64,000 nucleotides of DNA, taken from assembly GCA_963782055.1 (NCBI GenBank), contig CAWAIF010000003.1, positions 5,728,001 to 5,792,000 on the forward strand. Reading direction: 5' to 3'. The notes beneath the pieces are model-generated. The model saw only the letters and a list, made by a program, of their open reading frames with translations, searched no databases and was not told the DNA's origin. The translations under genes and the position numbers were made by a program. The DNA is from an uncultured delta proteobacterium (GTDB lineage: Bacteria > Myxococcota_A > Polyangia > Polyangiales > Polyangiaceae). Positions within the stretch are counted from its first letter, which is position 1. Each line of letters opens with the position of its first letter. Of the stretch, positions 50,546 to 58,254 are shown piece after piece.

Positions 50546-50923
50546 ATGGCCCGTGCACGTCAGCGCGCACACCTTTCAGTAGCCATCGCGTCGCTCGCTC
50601 TCGTGGCGGCGGCGGCCGCGAGCTTGGGCTGCGGGAGCGATTGGGGGCCCGCCGACGCAGGCCTGGACGCGACCGAAGAAGCTCTGGCAGACGGAGGCGT
50701 CGAGGTGGCGCCCGACAACGTGAGCGCGTGCGGCTTCGTACCGGACGCCGGCGAGGGCGTTCGGGTGTGGCTCGATTGCTGTGACGGCAGCATCTGTCGC
50801 GGCCAGTGCGGGACCTCCGGGTGCATCTGCCCGGGCGCCTCGCTTGGAGGCTGCGGCCCGGGGTCGGTGTGTTGCTTCGGCAGCGTCTGCAAATCGGAGG
50901 CTGAATGCGCCGCCGGCTACTGA
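50546..50923 (+). CDS. Small Cys-rich lipoprotein, 125 aa
   Basis: Lipobox SLGC, DAG-rich linker and CC..C..C..CxC..C..CC..C..C. Confidence 0.65.
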   Translation: MARARQRAHLSVAIASLALVAAAAASLGCGSDWGPADAGLDATEEALADGGVEVAPDNVSACGFVPDAGEGVRVWLDCCDGSICRGQCGTSGCICPGASLGGCGPGSVCCFGSVCKSEAECAAGY

Positions 50924-51309
50924 TGAGCGCGGTCGCCTTGCTGATGGCCTGCGGCCGGGAGATCGGGCCACCCGAGGCCGGCGTGCCGACGGATGCTTCG
51001 GGCGGTGCGGATGACGGCTCGGCGCTCGACGCGCAGGTCGACGACGCAGCGGCGGACGCCGGCCCCATCGTCTACGATATCGTGGACGGCGGAGGGGACG
51101 AGCCGTTCTGCCATCCGGATGGAGATGCCCTGCAGGCCTGCTGCAACGGCCAGTTCTGCAGCGGCTTCTGCATCCGCGGTGAGGCGGGGGTGCTGGAGTG
51201 CAGCTGCTTCGGGATCCCGGGGGGCTTCGGCGCGTCGGCCGGCCTGCGGCCGGACCTCAGTGCGCGCCGTCGAGGTACATGCACCCGCCGATGCGGGAGC
51301 CGAGGGTGA
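50905..51309 (+). CDS. Small Cys-rich lipoprotein paralog, possibly C-terminally truncated, 134 aa
   Basis: Lipobox LMAC, DAG linker and CCNGQFCSGFC...CSC matching the upstream gene. The tail overlaps an opposite-strand gene. Confidence 0.55.
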   Translation: MRRRLLMSAVALLMACGREIGPPEAGVPTDASGGADDGSALDAQVDDAAADAGPIVYDIVDGGGDEPFCHPDGDALQACCNGQFCSGFCIRGEAGVLECSCFGIPGGFGASAGLRPDLSARRRGTCTRRCGSRG

Positions 51310-51427
51310 TGATGATGGTCAACGCGACGAAGAAGAAGGCGAGGCCCAGGACGACCAGCTTCATGGGCGACCAGGACTTGTCTTCCATCTCGGCTGCGAC
51401 CAGCTTGCTGTCGTCGGCGTCTTCCAT
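51257..51427 (-). CDS. Small single-TM membrane protein, 56 aa (below the ORF-track cutoff)
   Basis: Hand translation MEDADDSKLVAAEMEDKSWSPMKLVVLGLAFFFVALTIIITLGSRIGGCMYLDGAH*, with strong G/C third-position bias and one clear TM helix. Confidence 0.7.
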   Translation of the reverse strand: MEDADDSKLVAAEMEDKSWSPMKLVVLGLAFFFVALTIIITLGSRIGGCMYLDGAH

Positions 51428-52497
51428 GGTGCGCGCACGCTAGGGCCTTTTTCAGGCAGAATCAAGCAGCTATCGCCGAACTCGTGACCCACGTAGCCGC
51501 TCTTGTGGGCGTGCTCGGCGGCCGCCTCCAGCACCTCGCGGGGCGCGAAGGCGCCGAGCAGCTCGTAGTGCGATTCGGTGGGATCGTGGATCCCGGTGAG
51601 GAGGCCGTCGACGACCTGCAGGGCATGGTCGGGTGTGACGCGCAGACCCGTCTCCCCTTCCCCGGGCGTCAGGCTGCGCTCACTCGCGACGCGACCCTCC
51701 AGCGCGCGAACCACCGAGGTGCCCACCGCGATCACGCGGCCGCCATCCATCCGCGCCGCCTCGATGGCCTCCACGGTGGTGACCGGGATGCGGTAACGCT
51801 CCGGCAGGGGAAGGCGAGCGTCCAGGGAGGGATCGCCGGTGGAGGACAGGCCCGCCGCGTGGGTGAGGCGGGCCAGGACCACGCCCCGCGCCCGCAGCGC
51901 CTCGAGCGCCGCGAAGGAGATGGCGTGCCCCGCCGACGGCAGCTCCGCCGACCAGGGCTCCGAGGCGTAGGCGTTCTGCACGTGGAAGAGGTGGAGGGCA
52001 CCACGCATGTAGGCGTACTGCACCGGCCGCCCGCTGCGGTAGACGGCCGCGAGCGGCGCGTCGCCGGGGCGCGCGGCGCGCAGGGTGACGCGGAGCAGGC
52101 GCGGGTGATCCAGCACGGCGTCGACGCGGGCCTCGGCCGCGCCGAGGCGCAGCACGTCCCCCGCGGCGACGCGAGGCGGCGCCGGACGATCCTCGGTGCG
52201 CGTGTGCCAGTCGCCCGCGCCGAAGAGGACCGCCCGCGCCGACGCCGCGCCGCGCGCTTCCCGCGGCGGCTCGAGCAACCGCAGCTCCACCGGTTCCCCG
52301 CGCGCGGTGACGCCGGACAGGGACGCCGGCAGCGTGGCCGCGTCGTTGACGATCAGCAGATCGCCCGGCCGCAGGAGCGACGGCAGGTCGACGACGCGCG
52401 CGTCGCGCATCGCGCCGGAGTCGGGGTCGAGCACGAGCAGGCGCTCGCGACCGGGATCGTCGCGCGGCCAGTCCGCCGCGCCGAACAGCGGGGTCAT
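51361..52497 (-). CDS. QueA-family (SAM:tRNA ribosyltransferase-isomerase-like) divergent paralog, ~378 aa
   Basis: RLLVLD, LLRPGDLLIVNDAATLPA, PERYRIP, GRVIAVGTSVVRALE, VVDGLLTGIH, HEFGDSCLIL. Confidence 0.88.
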   Translation of the reverse strand: MTPLFGAADWPRDDPGRERLLVLDPDSGAMRDARVVDLPSLLRPGDLLIVNDAATLPASLSGVTARGEPVELRLLEPPREARGAASARAVLFGAGDWHTRTEDRPAPPRVAAGDVLRLGAAEARVDAVLDHPRLLRVTLRAARPGDAPLAAVYRSGRPVQYAYMRGALHLFHVQNAYASEPWSAELPSAGHAISFAALEALRARGVVLARLTHAAGLSSTGDPSLDARLPLPERYRIPVTTVEAIEAARMDGGRVIAVGTSVVRALEGRVASERSLTPGEGETGLRVTPDHALQVVDGLLTGIHDPTESHYELLGAFAPREVLEAAAEHAHKSGYVGHEFGDSCLILPEKGPSVRAPWKTPTTASWSQPRWKTSPGRP

Positions 52498-53222
52498 GCC
52501 GCCCTCCCCCACTCCGACGCGATGATCCGCGCGCCCGGCTCGATGCCCTCCGCGTCCTCGATCATCCGCGCGATGCGCTCCGCGATCTCACGCGGGTCGG
52601 CGAGCGTCGAGGGATCGGCGTCGGGGAGCGCGGCCCGATGCATCGCGGTGTCCATGTCGCCCGGGTCCACCGAGAAGACGCGCACTCCGGAGGCACCGAG
52701 CTCCGCGCCCAGGACGCGCGCGAGCTGATCCTGCGCGGCCTTCGACGCGCCGTACGCGCCCCACTGCGGGTAGCCGCTCACCGCCGCGTCGGAGCTCAGG
52801 TGGACGATCACGCCTCGCCCGCGCAGGGCCATCGACCCGCCCACCGCCTTGGTGAGCCGGAAGGGGCCGACGAGGTTGGTCTCCAGGACCGCCGCCAGGT
52901 CCTCGCACGCGGTGTCGAGCAGCAGCGGCATCGGCAGGGGCCCGAGCGTGCTCGCGTTGTGCACCAGCACGTCGATGGGCCCGACGAGGCCCGCGGCCGC
53001 GCCCGCGATGGCGTGCGTCGCGTCCTTGTCCGCGACGTCGAACGCCAGGGCGTGGACGTCGCCCCCCTTCGCCCGGATGCGCGCGACCGTCGCGTCCAGC
53101 TCCTCGCGCCCGCGCGCGCAGAGCACGACGCGCGCACCGCGCGCCGCCAGCACCTCCCCGAGCGCAGCGCCCAGGCCGCGGCTCCCACCCGTCACCAGCG
53201 CGGTCCTGTCCTTCAGCTCCAT
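52494..53222 (-). CDS. Short-chain dehydrogenase/reductase, 242 aa
   Basis: TGGSRGLG, HNASTLG, SSDA, YGASKAA, DPGDMDT. RBS GGAGG; its stop overlaps the queA-like start. Confidence 0.93.
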   Translation of the reverse strand: MELKDRTALVTGGSRGLGAALGEVLAARGARVVLCARGREELDATVARIRAKGGDVHALAFDVADKDATHAIAGAAAGLVGPIDVLVHNASTLGPLPMPLLLDTACEDLAAVLETNLVGPFRLTKAVGGSMALRGRGVIVHLSSDAAVSGYPQWGAYGASKAAQDQLARVLGAELGASGVRVFSVDPGDMDTAMHRAALPDADPSTLADPREIAERIARMIEDAEGIEPGARIIASEWGRAA

Positions 53223-53302
53223 GTCGCACCTCCTGACCTCAAGATGCGGCCGCGTGCTCACAAGATGGCGCGATGGACGATAACTTGGCATGCTTCCAAT
53301 CC

Positions 53303-53860
53303 ATGAGCAGCGACTCGCTTCTCGCCGACCGGCTGGGGCGCAACGTGCGGCAGCTCCGCGAGGCGCGCGGGCTGACACAGAAGCAGATGGCGCAGCTCGC
53401 GGCCGTGCCGCGGGCGACGTGGGCGCACCTGGAGTCAGGGGACGGCAACCCCACCCTCCAGGTGCTCTCGGCGGTGGCCGGAGCGTTCCAGGTCACCCTA
53501 GAGGAGCTGGTGGCCGCCCCCCGCGCGACCCTCGCGGTCTTCCGCAAGGCGGAGCTGCCCATCCGGGCGCGCGGCAACGTCACCGTCCGCAAGCTCCTGC
53601 CCAATCCCATCCCCGGCATGGAGATCGACCGCTTCGAGCTGCCCGGCCGTGCGCGCATGGTCGGGGTGCCGCACACGCCGGGCACGCGCGAGTACCTGAC
53701 CTGCGAGCGGGGGGCGATCGTCCTCATCGCCAGCGGGGAGCGGGTGGAGCTGGCGGCCGGGGACGAGGTCGCCTTTCGTGGGGACCAGCGCCACTCCTAC
53801 GAGAACCCGGGCACGACGACGTGCGTGGCCTACTCGGTGGTGGTGCTCGCCCGCGGCTGA
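53303..53860 (+). CDS. XRE-family HTH + cupin transcriptional regulator, 185 aa
   Basis: NVRQLREARGLTQKQMA...LESGDGNPTL; cupin HTPGTREYL...FRGDQRHSYEN. Confidence 0.92.
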   Translation: MSSDSLLADRLGRNVRQLREARGLTQKQMAQLAAVPRATWAHLESGDGNPTLQVLSAVAGAFQVTLEELVAAPRATLAVFRKAELPIRARGNVTVRKLLPNPIPGMEIDRFELPGRARMVGVPHTPGTREYLTCERGAIVLIASGERVELAAGDEVAFRGDQRHSYENPGTTTCVAYSVVVLARG

Positions 53861-53867
53861 GCGGCCG

Positions 53868-54057
53868 CGCGTCGGACCGTTAGCACGCGCACCCTTCGAC
53901 GCCCGGCTCGAACGAGGGAGCCCCCGCATGGCCGGCCGCGCGCCGGACCGTTAGCACGCGCACCCTTGGACGCCTGCCGCACCGGCGCCGGGAGGGGTGC
54001 CGGCCCCGGCTGGGCCCGCCACGCGCCGGACCGTTAGCACGCGCACCCTTCGACGCC
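53868..54057. repeat. Three direct 36-bp repeats with 35- and 47-bp spacers
   Basis: CGCGYCGGACCGTTAGCACGCGCACCCTTSGACGCC at 53868-53903, 53939-53974 and 54022-54057. Confidence 0.92.
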
Positions 54058-54063
54058 GGGCGC

Positions 54064-54101
54064 ACAAAAGGCGGCGGGCCCGCGTTGCCGCGAGCCCGCC
54101 G
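54064..54101 (-). terminator. Intrinsic terminator of the 6S RNA gene
   Basis: Minus strand CGGCGGGCTCGCG-GCAA-CGCGGGCCCGCCG (13-bp stem, GNRA loop) followed by CCTTTTGT. Confidence 0.8.
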
Positions 54102-54109
54102 GGAGAAAC

Positions 54110-54316
54110 GTTCCTTACCGCGAAGGCCGTGTGTGGAAAAACATGAACCCCTAGCCGACGGCTAGGTGGGAAGCGCTGACCACGCTTTAGGCTTCCGAGT
54201 TATCCGCGCGCGGGGCGAGCGGCCCGGCATGCTCACTGGGTGGCCATAACCTCCCGGGTTCGTGTTCGTAAGGGATCCATGCATTCCGACAAAGCACATG
54301 CCCTGCAGAGGGAACC
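54110..54316 (-). ncRNA. ssrS: 6S RNA
   Basis: The minus strand carries 6S motifs in the conserved order GGGAG..GTGAGCATGC..AAGCCT..CCCACCT..GGTTCA..CACGGC. Ends pair (GTTCC/GGAAC). It has its own promoter and terminator. Confidence 0.88.
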
Positions 54317-54321
54317 CCTCG

Positions 54322-54349
54322 ATCCTAAGAACCAGGGCCGCCCTGTCAA
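54322..54349 (-). promoter_or_regulatory. Sigma70-type promoter of 6S RNA
   Basis: TTGACA-16 nt-TAGGAT. The predicted +1 (~54316) coincides with the 5' end of the closing stem. Confidence 0.75.
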
Positions 54350-54419
54350 CGGTGTGCAAGGGTCGGATGCCCCGCGGCGCCCGCCAAAAAGTGGGCCAAT
54401 TCGTGGCCGACGTGCGTAG

Positions 54420-56309
54420 GTGGCAAGCGTCATGGTCCAGGCCCTCCTCCCGCAGCCCTCCCCCGAACCAATCGCCCTCGAGCCCACGCGCGCGCTGCCC
54501 GAAAGGCCTGCGCCGGAGTCCACCCCGCCGGAGTCGGGGGAGGCCGCGGCGCATGAACCCGCGGCGCATGAGCCGGGGGCGCAGGTGCCGTTGCCGCGCG
54601 TGTCCTCGGTGGAGGTCGCCGCGCCGCCCGCCGAGATGGCCGGCGCGTGTCGCCTCGTGCCCGCCGCCGAGCTGGACCGTGCCGAGCTGGACCTGGACGC
54701 GGACGAAGCGCTGGTCGTCTCCCTCACCTGTCAGGAGATCCACCCGGGCGCGCTCGGCGACCACGTCGACGAGGCGATCGAGGGGGCGCTGGCGACGCGC
54801 GGCCAGGGCGCTCGTGGCATGGCCGCCATGCAGTGCGCCGACGCCAGCCTGAGCAATCAGCTCTTCCGCGCCCGGCGGCTGGGCTTCCGCGGCCTGGGTA
54901 TCGTCCTGCGATCGATGCGGACGCTGGCGGCGCCGCTGGGCGGCCTGCACCCCGATGACGCGAGCACCCTGCGCTTCTACGCGCGCGCCGCGGAGGAGCG
55001 GCCGCTGGTGATGGTGATGGCCGAGGAGGACGCGAGCGTGGGGGCGTTCGTGGAGACCGTGACGCTGGAGAGCTTGCTGCGCGGCGCTTCGGTGCCGCGC
55101 GCCGAGACCACGGAGCCCACCACCATGGTCGAGGTGTCGGTCGAGATCACCGCTCCCGACGCCGCCGCCGCGCCGGTGGATGAGGAGGCACCTGTCGAAG
55201 CGGCTGTCGAGGCGCCTGTCGAAGCGACCAGCGCCCCGACGACGGAGGAGAGCTGCGCCACGACCGCGACCACCGCGGCCGTGACCGCGACACCCGTGGA
55301 CGAGACCGCGGCCCCGGCCCTCGCGCCGCCGGCAGACGACGACGAGCCGGCGCCCTCCACCGACGCCACCTCCTTCACGCCCAGCCTCGCCGTCGCCACC
55401 GTCATCGCTCCCTCCCCCGAGCCGCCCGCGGTCGAGGCGCATGGTGCTCGCGCCGCCGAGGTGCTCCCCGTTCAGCGCCCCCACGACCCGACCCACGGCG
55501 CGTGGCGCGCGTGGGTCATCGCCCTCGCCGCCGCGCGCGGGCCGCAGCCGCTCTCCGCCTTCGAGCGCCTCTTCGCGCAGAGCTACCTGCCCCTCTCCCG
55601 CGCCATCGCCGAGGGTCTGGAGGAGCCGCGCGCCATCGCCACGCGCGACGAGTTCCGCCGCACCTTCGCGCGCGCGTACTCCGAGGCGCTCCCCACCTTC
55701 GCGCTCACCGGCAAGCGCCCCAAGATGGTGCTGGACGCGCACGACGTCGCCGCCAAGATGGCGCGCCTGCACGGCGCGCGCGGCACCCACCTGCTCCTCT
55801 GCGACGCCATGCGCTTCGACGTGGGCGCTCGAGTCGCCGACCGCATCGCCACCATCCTCTCCGGCCGCGCCTCCCTCGTCGACCGCGTCACCCTCTTCGC
55901 CTCCCTGCCCTCCATCACCTCCCGCCAGCTCGACGGCCTGGCGCGCGGCGTGGAGTCGCTGCGCGCGCCCATCGAGAGCGAGCGGGAGGCGGACCCCATC
56001 CGCGGGCGCACCGCCGAGGTGGTGCGGCGCGTGAAGCTCGGCTCCCGCGACGTCTCCAAGCTGGACGTCATCGAGGCGCGCCTCCGGCAGGCGGGCGCCG
56101 ACGCCGCGCGCGATCTGCCCGACATCGAGGAGGACTGCGCCCAGGCGATCGCGCGCCACTCGCTGGCGCTCCCCGAGCGCACCATGCTCTTCGTCTTCGG
56201 CGACCATGGCTTCAGCCTCGACGACGAGGGCGCGATGGGCCAGGGCGGCGCGAGCCCCGAGGAGGTCATCGTCGCCGGCTACGGCTTCCTCGTCGGCGCC
56301 CTGCACTGA
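54420..56309 (+). CDS. Hypothetical protein with acidic Pro/Ala/Thr linker and C-terminal PglZ-like (alkaline phosphatase superfamily) domain, 629 aa
   Basis: LLLCDAMRFDVG, ASLPSIT, FVFGDHGF, QGGASPEEVIV. Confidence 0.65.
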   Translation: MASVMVQALLPQPSPEPIALEPTRALPERPAPESTPPESGEAAAHEPAAHEPGAQVPLPRVSSVEVAAPPAEMAGACRLVPAAELDRAELDLDADEALVVSLTCQEIHPGALGDHVDEAIEGALATRGQGARGMAAMQCADASLSNQLFRARRLGFRGLGIVLRSMRTLAAPLGGLHPDDASTLRFYARAAEERPLVMVMAEEDASVGAFVETVTLESLLRGASVPRAETTEPTTMVEVSVEITAPDAAAAPVDEEAPVEAAVEAPVEATSAPTTEESCATTATTAAVTATPVDETAAPALAPPADDDEPAPSTDATSFTPSLAVATVIAPSPEPPAVEAHGARAAEVLPVQRPHDPTHGAWRAWVIALAAARGPQPLSAFERLFAQSYLPLSRAIAEGLEEPRAIATRDEFRRTFARAYSEALPTFALTGKRPKMVLDAHDVAAKMARLHGARGTHLLLCDAMRFDVGARVADRIATILSGRASLVDRVTLFASLPSITSRQLDGLARGVESLRAPIESEREADPIRGRTAEVVRRVKLGSRDVSKLDVIEARLRQAGADAARDLPDIEEDCAQAIARHSLALPERTMLFVFGDHGFSLDDEGAMGQGGASPEEVIVAGYGFLVGALH

Positions 56310-56310
56310 G

Positions 56311-56496
56311 AGGATGTGAGCTGCGCTCACATCCCTCTCAGGACGGGTCGCAGGGGCGGCACGCGCCGCCCCTCCCCGCCCAGGTGAATTGGCCGGGGGC
56401 CTTCCCCACGCGGGCCCTCCGCTACGCGTCGGGCATCCAGGATGTGAGCTGCGCTCACATCCCTCTCAGGACGGGTCGCAGGGGCGGCACGCGCCG
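56311..56496. repeat. Two identical 58-bp direct repeats, each with a palindromic core (REP/MITE-like)
   Basis: AGGATGTGAGCTGCGCTCACATCCCTCTCAGGACGGGTCGCAGGGGCGGCACGCGCCG at 56311-56368 and 56439-56496. Confidence 0.92.
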
Positions 56497-56534
56497 GTGG
56501 CGCTTGGGCACCCGCTCGGCTACGAGTCGCTCGC

Positions 56535-56963
56535 ATGCGCACCGTCCTCGTCGCCGCCGGCGTCGTCATCGAGCGCTCGCGCGTGCTGCTCACGCAGCGC
56601 AAGGCCGGGGCGCACCTCGCGGGGATGTGGGAGCTACCCGGTGGCAAGGTGGAGCCGGGCGAGGACCCGAGAGACGCCCTCGCACGCGAGCTGCGGGAGG
56701 AGCTGGGGGTCGACGTGGCGGTGGGCGAGATCCTGGAGGTCACCTTCCACCGCTACGACGACGCCGACAAGGCGGTGCTCCTCCTCTTCTACGAGGCGAC
56801 GCGCACGCCGGGCTCCCCCGAGCCGCGCGCGCTGGACGTCGCCGCCTTCGAGTGGGCGGACCGCGATGGGCTGGACCCCGCGCGCTTCCCGCCCGCCGAC
56901 GTCGCGGTGCTCGGAAAGATCGCGCGCAAGCTGGAGCCCGCTAGTCCTTCTTCCGGCGCTTGA
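56535..56963 (+). CDS. mutT: MutT/NudG-like NUDIX hydrolase, 142 aa
   Basis: Nudix box WELPGGKVEPGEDPRDALARELREELG and FPPAD. Confidence 0.9.
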   Translation: MRTVLVAAGVVIERSRVLLTQRKAGAHLAGMWELPGGKVEPGEDPRDALARELREELGVDVAVGEILEVTFHRYDDADKAVLLLFYEATRTPGSPEPRALDVAAFEWADRDGLDPARFPPADVAVLGKIARKLEPASPSSGA

Positions 56964-58173
56964 AGATCCTCCGCGCGACCTCGATGGGCTCGCCGCGGAT
57001 GAAGTACGCGCTCGCCGCGGCGCCGAGCGCCATCGTCCCGCTGAAGGCGACGGCGCCGGAGATGGCGGAGCCCGCCCCGGGGAAGACGTACTTGATGAGG
57101 CCGCGCGCGGCCTCGCGCAGCGCGAAGGCGGCGCCCACGTTGGCGCCCATCGCGCCGAGGAACTCCGTCGCGGTCCTGGTGTCCATCGGCCGGCCGCTCA
57201 GCCACGCGATGCCGGCGATGAGCGCCACCTGCGCCGAGGTGATGGGCACCAGGTCCGCGAGCGGGATGGGGACGATGGCGATGCCCGCGCACAGCGCGGC
57301 GGTGGCCTGCGTGAGGTTCTGCGCCAGCTCCTCCTGCAGCTCGCGCACCTGCGCGACGCGCGCGAAGGCGCCGCGCCCCTCCTCCGGCAGCACGCGGAAG
57401 AGGGCGCGCGCCAGGTCGTCGATGCGGTAGCGCCCGTCGGCTCGCGGCGTACCGTCGGGGCGGAAGGACATGTACGCCGAGACGCCCATCGTCGCGCGCA
57501 GCAGCGACGAGACGCGGTCGCGCTTGCGCACGTGGTCCTCCAGCGTGCGCTCGGCGGTGCGCAGGTGCTCCAGCTTCTCGTCGCGCTCCGGCGCGTCGCC
57601 GTTCAGGTCGACGTCGCGCGGCTCCAGCATGTCGGCGTGGGTGACCACGCACACGATGGGCGGGGCGGCGCCGTGACGGCGCTCGACGGTACGAAGGATC
57701 TCCTCGAGCAGGTCCAGATCCTTGCCGATGGCGGAGTCGACGTCGAAGGCGCGCACCACGAAGACGAGCAGGTCGGGCGTCTTGCGCTCCACCTCCGAGA
57801 GGATGGACGACAGCGGCGTGGGCGCCTCGTCCGCCTCCACCGGCGCGCCTTCCTCCTGCAGCCCGCGCGTGTCCAGGATGCTGAGCGTGCCGTGGTCGCC
57901 CTTGTAGTCGAACCAGGTGCCGCGCCCGGTCTGCGCCTTGACGTGCCCGACCTGGGCGACCTTCGCCCCGAAGAGGGCGTTGACCACCGACGACTTGCCG
58001 GAGCCGCGGCGTCCGACGAGCACCAGCGCAGGGGGCCGCGTGTCGAGGAGCGTGGAGCGCAGGGTGGCGATCTTGTGCCGCAGGTCCTTGACGGCGGCGT
58101 TGGGCATCAGCTCCAGGAGCTGCTCCACGCGGCGGATGGTGTCGCTCAGGGCCTTGCGAGGATCGTCGCTCAC
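56941..58173 (-). CDS. Era-like (MMR_HSR1) GTPase fused to a DUF697/YcjF-like hydrophobic C-terminal domain, 410 aa
   Basis: G1 GRRGSGKSS, G3 DTRG, G4 THAD; C-terminal PIPLADLVPITSAQVALI...FPGAGSAISGAVA. Confidence 0.85.
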   Translation of the reverse strand: MSDDPRKALSDTIRRVEQLLELMPNAAVKDLRHKIATLRSTLLDTRPPALVLVGRRGSGKSSVVNALFGAKVAQVGHVKAQTGRGTWFDYKGDHGTLSILDTRGLQEEGAPVEADEAPTPLSSILSEVERKTPDLLVFVVRAFDVDSAIGKDLDLLEEILRTVERRHGAAPPIVCVVTHADMLEPRDVDLNGDAPERDEKLEHLRTAERTLEDHVRKRDRVSSLLRATMGVSAYMSFRPDGTPRADGRYRIDDLARALFRVLPEEGRGAFARVAQVRELQEELAQNLTQATAALCAGIAIVPIPLADLVPITSAQVALIAGIAWLSGRPMDTRTATEFLGAMGANVGAAFALREAARGLIKYVFPGAGSAISGAVAFSGTMALGAAASAYFIRGEPIEVARRIFKRRKKD

Positions 58174-58254
58174 GGCTCCACTTTGACACGCCCGGACACC
58201 CTCGCGGCATTTCTATCTTCCTACCGCCACATACATGTGGCAGGTTCTCGTCCC

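Noticed and set aside
53868..54057. Formal CRISPR array call
   Set aside because: Only three repeats, unequal spacers, no leader and no cas genes; kept as a repeat.
54162..54852. ORFs 54162..56330 (-), 54233..54727 (-) and 54262..54852 (+)
   Set aside because: They overlap the 6S RNA, its promoter or the PglZ-like gene and lack coding signatures.
54420..56309. BREX/Pgl defence system
   Set aside because: Only a PglZ-like domain is present; no ATPase, methyltransferase or other brx genes.
56389..58254. N-terminal 622 aa of the 914-aa ORF 56389..59133
   Set aside because: Overlaps mutT and is antisense to the GTPase. The real start is ATG 58255 with a signal peptide.
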